Positions 27,690 to 40,261 of a stretch of DNA of 64,000 nt are shown one piece after another. The notes below the pieces were generated by a model that was given only the letters and a program-made list of their open reading frames with translations, was not told the origin of the DNA and did not search any database. Made by a program: the position numbers and the translations under genes. Origin of the DNA: Selaginella moellendorffii (taxonomy: Eukaryota; Plantae; Lycopodiophyta). Numbering within the stretch: position 1 is the stretch's first letter; each line of letters begins with the position of its first letter. Location: contig NW_003314347.1 in assembly GCF_000143415.4 (NCBI RefSeq), positions 395,438 through 459,437 of the forward strand, read 5' to 3'.

Positions 27690-29041
27690 CCCTGAGAATG
27701 GCATCCATGTCACTCAACTTTTGTATTTAGTCCAAGTGCTCCACGTGTCCGATCCCATGACCGACACACAAAGGTGCCACCGACATATTAGTCTATTACG
27801 CTAAGGCTATGCCTATTCACTTTTGTTATACTAATGATCTAACACCACTTACATCACAATCCCATCTCTTAAAGAATGGGCCATATGTTCATGAATGGTC
27901 ATTTTAAATCCACTCCTTAGCATCTTTAGAATGCCTGTAGGCATAGGGAATAGCCTTCCCCAATATGCCTTTTTCGGTCCCCACCAAATCCCTTTCTATC
28001 CATGGCCATGTTCACCAATACTACCATTGGATCAAGGCCCACAGGCCCAACCACTAAGTCCCTTTGTTCTCTAGGACTTCCTCACCATGTGATCGCATCT
28101 TTGGTCATTATCCCAGAAGACTGTTCCTCTTCCTTTCCACCATCCGGGATTCTAGGGTAACATTTCAGAACACTGTGGCCCTATGTGGGCCTCATGGGTA
28201 CTCTCCCCACCTTCTGCCTTTGGGTGTTTTAGCCATGGGGCTAAAGTGAGATTCTATTAAGCCATGCCAAGTATCTAAGTAGGTAGTGCCACCCATGCTT
28301 GGATTGGGAGCATCAGCCATTTGATCTCCTAGGGGAACTAGAGCCGGCTCTTGAACACTTCATCAAGCTTCCCTGCTTGTCAGTCTGTATTCACTCTAAC
28401 TCAGGGAAGGTTTGCTTTTACCCATGGTACATGGAACAACTCATGGAACCACTAGAACAACTTATGGAACCACTGATAGGCTAACATTAATCCTGCCAAC
28501 TCAAAGCGTAAGCTCGAGTTGCTAATGTGCCTCACTCACGAGCCCAAGCTCAAACTCGTGCAAACGGAACATCTCCAATCCATTCTATGAGCCCAAGCGC
28601 AAGCTCACATCATAAGGTACAACAAGGTAACCAAATCCATTCCCAAGGAACGAATGCGAAGTCTTTGCACCCAAACGTGTACCCACTCGGATCATCGTTT
28701 TCATCTCTGCATATGCAACAAGACTAGTTGCCCAATCTCATTGAATAGTACTTGCTGAGACTCATCCTCTGATACCAAATGTAGCACACGTGGTTTTTAC
28801 CCTTTATCCTATGGTGATTTACCATAGGATAACACTACGATCCATTTTATGAGCCCAAGCGCAAGCTTATATCATAAGGTACAACAAGGTAACCAAATCC
28901 ATTCCCAATGAACGAACGCGAAGTCTTTGCACCCAAACGTGTACCCACTCGGATCATCGTTTTCATCTCTGCGTATGCAACAAGACTAGTTGCCCAATCT
29001 CATTGAATAGTACTTGCTGAGACTCATCCTCTGATACCAAA
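27690..29041 (-). mobile_element. 5' internal fragment of a second, tandem LTR element sharing LTR 29042-30248, with a ~260-bp tandem duplication of the PBS region
   Basis: ctctgatacca (reverse complement of PBS TGGTATCAGAG) at ~28768 and ~29029; 28400-29040 is homologous to 34830-35187. Left boundary approximate. Confidence 0.7.
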
Positions 29042-32000
29042 TGTAACGCACGTGGTTTTTACCCTTTATCCTATGGTGATTTACCATAGGATAACACTAC
29101 GAAGCGGAACCTAAACCCTCTTTGTGCCACGTGACAGATGCCACGTGTCATATGCCACGTGTCTATGCCACGTGTCCTTAGGAACCCGAGGTTCAGGGCC
29201 TTGGGCCACTGAACGAAGGAACAGTGCCAAACTCCCAAGCGTGGAGCCAAAGAGTGGTGGAACCGAACCACGGAGCAACTCCCGAGCATATAGCCCAAAG
29301 GAGCGAAGGGACAGGAGCCCGGAGCAACTTGGAACAGTCCTAGAGTAACCAGCATCTCAATGCTAGGACCAGCATGTAAAACGGAGCCAAACGGAGTTTA
29401 GCGTTATTTTGGCATACCGATGGCCTAACGCGAGGACATGGGTACTCCACCAGCTAGCATGGAATGGAACTTGGGCTTAGACCCAAGCTGGACGCAGAAC
29501 AAGGATAGGCACGCAAGCGGGAGCTAGACTATGCCTCAGGTTGGTCGGCCATGCCCGACCTACCCACTATCCCTACTATACATTTGGAACCCCCCACAGC
29601 CCCCCCTCCCCCCCCCCCCCCTTGAGGAACACACACTTTGGGCTTTCCCCCCACAGCCCCCCCTCCCCCTTGAGGAACACACGCTTTGGGCTTTCACCCC
29701 AAGCCTCCCTTAGTATCAGGAGTTAGTCTTTGGGATAAGCTTAAAATTTACTAAATATAGAATGTCCCTAGATTGCGAATTTGGACACGAGACGAACACC
29801 ATTGTGTTCAGGACAATCTCTACATTCCGTAGATATGCCAAATGAGCAAATCTAGACACTTTCCATCAATAGCATTTGGGACCAAAATGAGACTAACACT
29901 AAAGGCATGATAGCGAGGGTCTTTGGTAGACACGGTAAACTATCATGTAGCGATATTGAGGGACCAATCTCAATATGCGAGGGTTCTTGTCAAGCCAGTG
30001 CAAGACAGAGCAAAAAAGAACTAAAAAGCCAGGCCAAGTATGCTTGGCTGAATAGACACTTAGGAATTCCGTCCTTATGCTCATTCGGCCAAGTACAGAT
30101 GCAAAGTCCAATTTACTAACACTTGAACAAGAAGGGCTGATAAAGGGTCCAACAATACCAACCTCCTGCCATCGTGGCAGTAAGGTAAAAGTGTCCGTAA
30201 AGACTGGTCGACAGGTAACTTTCGATACCCAAAGTCACATTCACAACACCCCCCCTAGGGAAGATCGACGTCTTCGTCGATGCATACTCGAGTCTAGAAT
30301 ACCGCCAAGGAAACAACTCTAAAAAAGGTTCATGGTAATCACACTATATGAGAAATACACCAACTTAAATGAGTTTAGGAGGCAACCTCTTTGTATAACG
30401 CAGATGTGCTACCAACTTAGACACCTTCCGGCTGTCGCTGACAAGGAAATGACCAACGGAGTTAGCCATCCGTGCTACTCTAGATGTCACCCAGCTTACA
30501 AAAGTGTGATATGCCTCTGCCCGCAAGTGGCATAGAGAGAGAAGCTAGAGGCCCCAACCCTCATGAGTAAAGAAACCAAACCCGTCAGTAAGGTTTAGAT
30601 AGATTACTATAAACAAGCAGTTAGAGTTGTTTACACGGTCACACCCTTTTAACGGAAGAAGGAACATCGACAAAGAGGCGGGTGATGTGACCAGTTGACA
30701 GTAGCTACCCCATGACTAAAGATTTCAATATGCACACGAAGTGCTGAAGCCAGTTTGCCCATTACTGGCCCAAACTCAAAGATCAATAGATGGACAATAT
30801 CAAAGTCAAAGACAATGATAGCTTTAAGACTTAATTATCAGTGAATATATCTTAGATTAGAACACAAAAAGTATTCCAAGTAAGTTATCATCCAATAAAC
30901 TAATAGTATAGTATAGGAACCACCAAGATCATCATGCTTGGAAAACATAGGATTCACCATCCAACAAAATTCAATAACTAGTGTATAACTCATTGATAAA
31001 ATGTAACTACCAAAGATGGTAGATAGTATACCAAACAACTTACTAAAGATAACTCAAAGAACACAAAGTATCATTGACTAACAAGTATAATGCTTGCGAA
31101 TGTATCACCCGAAGGAAATAACATCCCAACCTATCAAAGCTAACTCAAGCAACAATTAACAGAATAGAATGAATGTTGCATGGTTAACAAACATTCGTTC
31201 ATGCCAACTATCACACTAGCCAATCCAAATAGATCCTAGTCAATAATACTAAGGAACCAAAATTGCTCAAGCAAATGTCAGCAACATCCTATTGATGTTT
31301 CAAACCCAAAAGACCAATCTAGAGTAAACCATAAAGAACATGTGGTATTGAGAAAAGCCATAAGCTATCAAAGAGAATAACTAACTATCATGAAAGAATA
31401 TCAATCATCCCACCAATGTAAAGATGCATAATCATCATCGAAGAAACAATCTACCAACAATAATCAAGCAAAATCTTTGATAAGGATAATCAACTACCCT
31501 AGATGATAATCAATTATTACCAACGATTACCAGATGCAAAAGCCAACATTAACATTGAAGCTAATGAGCCAAAATGCCTTCCCTAACAACTTCTAACAAA
31601 TGGAACAATGAGCATGAAAACTCAAAGAACCAAAAGCTCAAAGAAGTTTATAGCCAAGTCTTGCCTAATAATGATCACAAGTCTTGCATAATTAATTTCA
31701 ATGCTAAAGAAGAAATCATGGTATAACTCACAATATCCTCCTCAACACATCCGTAAGCTAAACTTCATAATACCAAAGCTAATGAAGAGCATATCTGCAT
31801 CAATCCAAAAGCTAAATATAACAAAGCTATGCTCAATAAGTGATCATCTAATCGATCCTCCATAAATCCATCTATAACAAGACGTAACTCACTTCATAAC
31901 AAGCACAAAAAGAATAATTAATGATCGATATATTCCAACTTAAACTCAATAAAGATTCAAACTTTCCAATACCGATCATTAACTCTTTCTCCTGTACAGT

Positions 32001-35000
32001 TAGTATAGACCACGACTGAATCACTTTTCAAGAAAAAGCTAAAGCTCAACCTCTATTAAACAATTTCATCCAGAACACAACTAACTCAACTTGCCACTCA
32101 GTTCATTTGAACGTCAATACAGTTGCTAACTAGCAAATGCACAAATGCCAATAACACAAAGCCATAGCCAAATTATCAACACTATATTCATTGAGACTAA
32201 TGAAACTCAATATCAATCTTACGGAGAGACATCTCATTTCAGTGGAATCTCAACATCAATAATGTCAACGACAAGGCATCACTTCAATGCCATCAACACC
32301 AGAACAAAGCTAAAAGAAAGCAAAAGCGAATCACCACTCAAAGCTCCTTAGCAACTAAGCTAACCAAAGTCGAAGATATTTTAGTTAGTATCCAAGACTA
32401 ATCCTTCAGCAAAACTCAGTTACAGATAACACTTCATCAAGGAGTGTTTCACCACGTCCAAGACTCAATGAAATCCAACACTACGAACTAAATGCAACTA
32501 AATAATATTGACAAAGGTAGAGTCAACGTACTAACATGGAAAACCATATAAGTTTAATGACACGATCCTCCACAACACCATCTAGTAAAGCAAGCCCATC
32601 ACTACTGAATCATCATCAAGTGAAGTAAGTATCACAATTTTTGACAAAATTTACAAGCAATCACTAGTTGCAAAGCAACCAACAATTAATTTTTAACTTG
32701 CCTTTCACAAGATTCAAACACTAAACTCATGTTATCGAGTCACATACTTGTCCAACATGAACATAATACCTTAGGTACAAGGTAAAGGTTCATGGACAAG
32801 CACCAACCAAATGACCTCTCGAATTCAACTCAACCGCAATAAGCTCACTAATGCATTTAATCAATAGCTCTGAGCATGCCTTGAAGAGGCTAGCTATACA
32901 TGACCAACACTTACTCGAAACTAAAGTGAAGACCATGAGATAGACTTATATCGGTACACAACCTCCACTTAGACAAAGCTATAGTATGGGTACCAACATC
33001 TCAACCGCAAACAACTAAGTTAGACATCACCATCCTCAGCCAAGGTGCAAGGCCACCAAGACCAAGTCAAGATCAGTGAGAGCTCACTACTTTTATAGAG
33101 TCTTAATGAAATGCAAAGTGCAACCTGCCACCAAGTATAACGTTATAGGAAAAAGGCACAAGGGTCACCCTTCTTAGAAAAGTGCAATAGCCACTTTTTT
33201 ACACCAACTCTAGACTTTATCCAACTCAATTGCCTTAACTCCAAAAGTTAACATCCCTTTCATGTTGCATCATACAAACTATCTACTAAGGTCTAAGCTA
33301 ACTGAAGCCAACTCCAACCCCTTCACTAGTTTGTATTGGCTTTACGAAAATAGAATGGTTTTCGGGCAAAGTGATTAACAAATCAGCCATTGGAAAAGTC
33401 TAAGAAAATTTATGGAAAATTTTCCATTCTAGAGAAAGAATGACTCTTAGTCTAGGAATACAAACTTTCAAGACTCAAATAAGCTTTTCCTACCTACACT
33501 TCACATAGGTTCACTTTAACACTAATTCTTATGACCCAACAATATGCTAAAGCATCAAACATCTTTGCTTATACTTTCGACATCCAATACCGACATCTGC
33601 AAAGTGCAAAGTGAACATCTAAGGCTTGATCACAAAGACTATATTTTTAGATATCCACATTGCACTAACACTCTTCTTCAATCACCTTCAAGATCCAATG
33701 TAAAGCCAAAACACTAACAAAAAAAATGACATGAAAAATCAAGGTCTAGGGAAAATTCCTCATCACTTAAAATAATAATATCACTTTCACTAACACAAGT
33801 GCTAGTGATATCAATGCCTCAATTACACATTTTCTCCATCCAAGAATTTACTCCAAGTGTTAATGGATAAACCAACAAGCCATAGCAAGTGAATGCTTAA
33901 CACTTTAATGGGCAAACCCCCAAGGAACAAGGAATCAACTTAAACTTAGCATAATTGACCATTATAGAGAATTTAGTCAAAGCTACTTCAATGCTACTTC
34001 GTGCAAATAGACTAACATCACTATCAACCATTTTGGGGTTGATCATCGTTTAACCAAGCAACTTTATAAACACATTGCTCATTATCACATGGATATGATA
34101 TAAATATCACAATGACTTGATTATCAATTGAGTAACACCATAAGTAATACCTATGTCATTACTTCAAAGGTTTATGTGGATATCAAGTGGTAACTCAATT
34201 CGACAAAATGCAACATAAATGTCACATCCCATCAATAAAGATTTACAACACTCAACACTACTAATTTTTGTTCATAACACAGTCAAGCTCATGCCACTCT
34301 TTTTCTGACCAAACTCAAAATTAATCCAACACCAAGCTACTCAAGAAGCAATAGCAAAGTTCCCCAGAAAAGAATTGAGCATTGCAACCCAAGTCTTCCA
34401 ATAATAAGTCTAGATAAAATTGTATAGTGTTTCACTACTATCCATCCCATGACTCACCATTTACAAGACCGTCAATTCCAACATGCATCAAGGTAGAGAC
34501 TCTTTGATTGCATGATGTGAACACGAACAATGAGTTAACACCTCGTTGCAAATCATCTCTTCAAGAAGAAGAAATGATTTACGTGTTTGATCCTTCGTCC
34601 TCGATGACTCTCTTTTTGGTCTCATCTTTGACTAAACCTCAAGCTTGCGTCGCACTGCTTTCAGTCCAATCCAAGAAAAGTTTATGAGAGAGCATGGCAA
34701 TGACTACTTGAACCAATAGACTAATCCTTACAGTCTTGATTGATCCATTTGTAATCATGCCTAGCAAAGACCCACTAATGCCATGCTAAACAGCTACGGA
34801 CCAGCCTATTTGCCACTCATAACAAACCTAGGGAAGGTTTACTTTTACCCATGGTACATGGAACAACTCATGAAACCAACAGTAGGCTAACATTAATCCT
34901 ACCAACTCAAAATGTAACTTTGAGTTGCTAATGTGTCTCACTCACTCACCCAAGCTCAACCTTGTGCAAAATGGTATACCTCAAATCCATCCTATGAGCC

Positions 35001-36320
35001 CAAGAGTAAGCTCACATTATTACGGTACAAAAAAGTAACCAAATTCATACCCAAGGAACGATTGCAAAGCCTTGGCACCCAAATATGTACCCACTTCGAT
35101 CATCGTTTTCATCTCTGCATATGCAACAAGACTAGTTGCCCAATCTCATTGTATAGTACTTGCTGAGACATATCCTCTAATACCAAATGTAGTGCATGTG
35201 GTTTTTACCCTTTATCCTATGGTGATTTACCATAGGATAACACCACGAAGCGGAACCTAAACCGTCTTTGTGCCACATGACAGATGCCATGTGTCACATA
35301 CCACATGTCCATAGGACACGTGGTGTGGAACCCGAGGTTCAGGGCCTTGGCCACTGAACGAAGGAATGGTGCCGAACTCCCAAGCATGGAGCCAAGGAGT
35401 GACAGAACTAGACCATGGAGCAACTCCTGAGCATACAGCCCAAGGAGCGAAGGGACAGAAGCCTGGAGTGACTTGGAACAGTCCTGGAGCAACCAACATC
35501 CCAATGCCAAGACTAGCATGCAAAACGGAGCCAAACGAAGTTTAGTGCTATTTCGGCATACCGATGGCCTAACGCAAGGACATAGGTACTCCACCAGCTA
35601 GCATGGAATGGAACTTGGGCTTAGACCCAAGCCAGACGCAGAACAAGGATAGGCACATAAGCGGGAGCTAGACTATACCTCAGGTTGGTCGGCCATGCCC
35701 GACCTATCCACTATCCCTACTATACATTTGGAACCCCCTACAACCCCTCCTTGAGGGACACACACTTTGGGCTTTCACCCCAAGCCTCCCTTAGTACTAA
35801 GAGTTAGTCTCTGGGATAAGCTCAAAATTTATTAAATATGGAATGGTGCTAGATTGCGAATTTGGATACGGGACGAACACCATTGTGTTCAGGACAATCT
35901 CTACATTCCATAAATATGCCAAATGAGCAAATCTAGACACTTTCCATAAATAGTATTTAGGACCGAAATGAGACTAACACAAAGGGCATGATAGCAAGAG
36001 TGTTTGGCAGACACGGTAAGCTATCATCTAGCAAATATTGACGGACCAAGCTCAATATCGCAAGGGTTCTTGATACTAGCAAATGCAAGCCAATGACAGG
36101 AGTTTCTCAAACCAGGCCGAATATGCTCAGCAAGGAGTTCCTACCTTATGTTTATCCGATTTAAGTGCATGGTCATTGACTAGTTTCTCAACTAGCTCAA
36201 GTGGGAAACTGATAACAGGCCCAGCAATACCGACCTCCTGCCATCATGGCAGTAAGGTAAGAGTGTCCGTAATGACTGGTCGACAGGTAACTTTCGATAC
36301 CCGAAGCCACATTCGTGACA
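29042..36320 (-). mobile_element. Inner LTR retrotransposon with ~1.1-1.2 kb LTRs (29042-30248 and 35188-36320) and a decayed internal region
   Basis: Long direct repeats bounded by TG...CA; reverse-strand tRNA-iMet PBS variant (ctctaatacca, ~35175); reverse-strand PPT (ccccccctaggg, 30249). No long ORF survives, so the superfamily is not assigned. Confidence 0.85.
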
Positions 36321-36589
36321 CTAACTTTGGACTTCCCAATGGTTATCTCATCACCCAACACTTGAGTACAACCTTCCTAGGCCAAATTAACCTTTCCTAG
36401 CCAAAATGGCTCCATTGGGTCCAACCCCCACACTCTCCCTTTTGGAACCCCCTATAGCCCTCCCCCCTAAGGGGATGATCACTTTAAGCTTTTGTATTAG
36501 TATTAGTATTAGTAGTATAGTCTTCGGACTCGGACTTGGTCTCAGTCTCGGTTTCAGACTCAAACTTGGTCTTGGTCTTGGTCTCAGTC

Positions 36590-36900
36590 TCAATTCCATC
36601 TTGGACTCCATCTCGGACTCCATCTTGGACTCCATCTCGGACTCCATCTTGGACTCCATCTCGGATCCATCTCGAACTCCATCTCAGACTTCATCTTGGG
36701 TCCATCTCAGACTTCATCTCAGACTCCATCTTGGGTCCATCTCAGACTTCATCTCAGACTCCATCTTGGGTCCATCTTGGACTCCATCTTAAGTCCATCT
36801 CGAAATCCATTTCGAATCCATCTTGTACTCCATCTCGAACTCCATCTCGGGTCTATCTCGGACTCCATCTTGGGTCCATTTCAGACTTCATCTTGGATCT
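36590..36900. repeat. 12-bp minisatellite (GACTCCATCTYG)n, preceded by 6-bp GGTCTY repeats
   Basis: Direct reading of the sequence; explains the low-complexity ORFs MESK/MESE and SILD/SISD. Confidence 0.9.
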
Positions 36901-38742
36901 TTCTACGTGTCATGTGTTGATCCTTTTGTATCTCTTTTTTAAAAACTCACTTATTGCTCGTTTCATGCTCCTTCCTCGAGCACTTTATTGGGAGTTCCAT
37001 TTTCGCTCTCGACTTTTTAAGTTGGAGCTTTTAGTCCATATATGTTACACTCATTTGGCTTCCACCTCAACCATTATCATATGGCACCCTTTCGGCTCTT
37101 CTTTGGGGCCTAGGGATTTTATGTCTCACATTGACAAGGTTGAGTGGTGTGAATATTTTGCTTCTATTATGGTGGCCAAAGTATTTTATGATAAGAAGTT
37201 CTGTATTTTCTAAGTTTTGAACATTTGTCCTTTTAATTTCCCTACTTTTGCCTTGTCAACTGCTACAAATTCCTTTTCTAACTTTTTTTTTTTTCGAATG
37301 AGGGAGTAGAGAGGATAGATAGGAGTTCAGCCCCAACAATAGAGTGAGGACAAGTAGATACAGTAATAAAGCAAAGACAAATGATATGGATTGTGGAGTG
37401 AGGACAAACATAGTAAATTTGAATGGAAAATTCAACCTTGATATAATAACCCTAAACAAAGACAATAGTGGAATGAGGTCAAACATAAATAATGGAGTGA
37501 GGACGAATGCGTCTAAATAGAGTTAGTGCTTCAAAACTTTTTTTCTTTCAAAGAGGGGATAAAGAAGATATGAAGAATAAATGGAATGAGTTCAACCTCT
37601 TATGTGCAGTGCTAAACAAAGGTATAGGTTATATGTCTAAATTAACATAAGCCTTGGATGTTAATCGAAGGGAAGATGCAAAATTAGGATCTACTTATGG
37701 CCGTAAGTCTAAATTAACAATGGTCTCAGAGGATTATTAGCTCCCAAACTTAAACATGGGATATATCGTTTATTACAATGGCATTTCATAAATTATAGTG
37801 ATTCTTAAAATTTCTTGCTTTAATTCAAAGTTATGGCTTCAAGGTTGGAATGAGCATTTGGCAATTGCACATGAAGTTATAATTGGTTCATTAGGATTTT
37901 ATAATTAACTAATGTTTATGCTATGGTTTTGGGTTTTATTTCAATCATGGTTGCTAACAACTTTATTGGTAGTTTTATGTGAGTTTCAAATTCTTGTGGT
38001 AATTTATAATTGCTCAGTTTTGTTCCATCTAATTTATTGTCATCACCTTTTCATCTTCTAGAGGGGAGGATGGTATAAAGTTTGTAAATACATATATGTA
38101 TATACATATATTAACCTGGCTAGGTAATACACTAATTATGGTACTATAGCATATAAATCGTTCATTTGGGACTAAATCTAGTCCATCCATTCTTATACCT
38201 ATTCCCATATTTTAACCACTCACAAACTGAGTTTTATAATTTTATTTTAGATTTATAAAAATAAAATTTAAAATAAAGATATTCCATGATGCCCAACACT
38301 AAAAACCCTTAAAGTGGGCACACTGTTTTTGGATCAGCCACAGAAACATGCTTATAATATCATCTCTAATTTTTATGGTTTTTGCTACTGTATGCAGCTG
38401 CCAATACATGCCTCATTCAGTGGCAGACAACTTGTTTTCTAGATGGCAAGTCTAAACAGCTCAACAGCACCAAAACGTGCAGCTCCAAAAGTGACCTTCC
38501 ACCGACAGTGCAATGTGTGGCGGTGAGTTCCGTGATTGTAGGGACATACAAGAAATTATGAACCGTTTAAAAGGCAAGAAGTGGAGAAAAATTCCAATGT
38601 TACAATCCAAAACATTGTCAAACTCCTCCCACTTACACAGGCAATTACCTTTACACTTTCGGTGCATGAGACTTTGACTAAATGATTAGTTTCAGTCATA
38701 GGCTTTATAAATTTGCATAGCATGAAGTGATCAGCTGAGAAG

Positions 38743-40152
38743 ATGATAATCATTAGCTTTGCTTGCTTGCTCAAGTTTGGATGTGGAGACAATGGCCCCC
38801 GGGGAGATCTCCTCCGCAGGGCTCTCCAGCACTCCTCCTTCTTGGCCTATTCTTGCGGGGAGCTCGATCGCACTGCCGCAATCTCGACAATCTCGCGCAA
38901 ATTCAAGCTCACGGACCCAGCTCTCGTGGATTCCATGCTGCTCGAGGCCGCTTCCAGCTGCGAGGTGGACAAGGAGCTACTGTCACTGCTCCAGTCAACG
39001 AGGCAGCAGCTCCTGGGATGGATTGATATTCCTCCACAAGAGTGGGAGCGAGTTTACAGCCTCTTCCCGGTGTCGCTCTGGAAGAACTTCGCTACAATCT
39101 CCCGCGATCTAGATTCCCTCCTTGGAGATATCAGGTCCCATGCTGTGATTGTCGATAAAAGCGTGGAGATGGCCGCGCTACATGCCTTCGAGAGCTTGCT
39201 CGCTCTCCCGTATGCCTCGCCCAACAAGAAAGCTTGCCAGGACTTCTTGAAGCGTCGGTTCCTGCTGCCTCGAGCTGTGAAGCTGGGGATGGATCGAGTC
39301 AAGGAGGAGGTGAGATCCAAGCAGCTCAAATCACTCTACCTGCTTGACAATGGCCGGCACGAGCTCGTCTCCGAGATCTTCTTTCCCTGCGTGGCGGCCT
39401 GGTGCCTTCCGGAGATCATTCCTCTCGGCTGGATGAAATATCTCCAGGTACTGATCAAGCGCGGCCATCCCTTCGGTTACTTCGGTGCCGACGTCTCGCG
39501 CTATCCGCCGGACATCGACACCATGTCGACTTGTGTCTCCACACTTTTTGATCTTAGTCTCGTCACCTCCGCGCAAGCTATGCACTTTCTGGAGATTTGT
39601 CTCGAGAACGTCAACGATCAAAACCAGCTTCTCACGTACCTGGACGTGGAGCGGCCTCGAGTGGATCCGGTCGTCATAGCCAACGTTGTCTATCTCGCCT
39701 ATGCGCTCTCCATGGAAGATCACCCGGTTGTCCGCCACAACGAGAATCTGATCCAGAGATATCTGTTAAGCGGCGGATTCGTATACGGGACTCGCTATTA
39801 CCTCAGCCAGGAGGACTTCTTGTTCATGTATGGCCGGGTCCTCGCGACGTTTGGAGAGAAGAGGGAGATTCCCAACTTTGATCTCGTGTATCAAGCGATG
39901 GAGGCGGCTCTCGTCAACCGGATCGGGAACGAGACCGAGTCGAAGCCACTGGACGTTGCCAAAAGGATTCTGCTCAGCAGGGGTTTTGGAATCCGGAACA
40001 CGATAGATGTAGACTTGCTCCTCAAGATGCAGAACGAGGATGGTTCCTGGCCTTTGCAAGTGCTCAGCAATCTTCCATCTGCTAAAGGTGGTGTCTTCAA
40101 TTCGGTGGTGGACTTGAGCTTTGCGGTGAGAGCACTGCAAAGTCAAGATTGA
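38743..40152 (+). CDS. Intronless microbial-type HAD-like/class II terpene cyclase (AstC/drimenol-synthase-like); intact copy
   Basis: 469-aa ORF with YPPDIDTMS (DxDT), FGYF, TYLDVERPRVDPVVIANV, GTRYY and LLKMQNEDGSW (QW motif). N-terminal SSFLAYSCGELD...KFKL resembles a HAD cap, but the catalytic DxD is missing. TATAAA at 38706. Confidence 0.8.
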   Translation: MIIISFACLLKFGCGDNGPRGDLLRRALQHSSFLAYSCGELDRTAAISTISRKFKLTDPALVDSMLLEAASSCEVDKELLSLLQSTRQQLLGWIDIPPQEWERVYSLFPVSLWKNFATISRDLDSLLGDIRSHAVIVDKSVEMAALHAFESLLALPYASPNKKACQDFLKRRFLLPRAVKLGMDRVKEEVRSKQLKSLYLLDNGRHELVSEIFFPCVAAWCLPEIIPLGWMKYLQVLIKRGHPFGYFGADVSRYPPDIDTMSTCVSTLFDLSLVTSAQAMHFLEICLENVNDQNQLLTYLDVERPRVDPVVIANVVYLAYALSMEDHPVVRHNENLIQRYLLSGGFVYGTRYYLSQEDFLFMYGRVLATFGEKREIPNFDLVYQAMEAALVNRIGNETESKPLDVAKRILLSRGFGIRNTIDVDLLLKMQNEDGSWPLQVLSNLPSAKGGVFNSVVDLSFAVRALQSQD

Positions 40153-40261
40153 AAGAGTCGATTATAAGTTGCATATAGAAAAAATCTACCTGGATGCGAT
40201 AAGTTTTCTCCTCCTCATCTTGACATGACAATAGTGAAAACAAGCACGTTAGCACTCCAAC

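Larger units (their letters stand above)
26331..38224 (+). mobile_element. Outer LTR retroelement with short LTRs (26331-26500 and ~38074-38224), degenerate interior, carrying a nested insertion
   Basis: Direct repeats share GCTAGGTAATACACTAATTATGGTACTATAGCATATAAATCGTT and both end in ...CACA. PBS-like TGGTGGAGATC (tRNA-Ala-like) follows LTR1, PPT AGAGGGGAGGA precedes LTR2, and AACT flanks both ends (4-bp TSD). Confidence 0.8.

Noticed and set aside
27686-36325. CTAAC at 27686 and 36321 as TSD of the inner retroelement
   Set aside because: The left copy is not followed by a TG LTR start, and a 5-mer match could be chance.
36387-37213. ORFs with MESK/MESE or TPSW repeats
   Set aside because: Produced by the 12-bp minisatellite, which is open in several frames on both strands; no support for a real protein.
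38743-40152. Cyclase as fungal contamination or misassembly
   Set aside because: Three diverged copies are interleaved with fragments of plant intron-containing IscA and MATE genes and share flanks, indicating residence in the plant chromosome.
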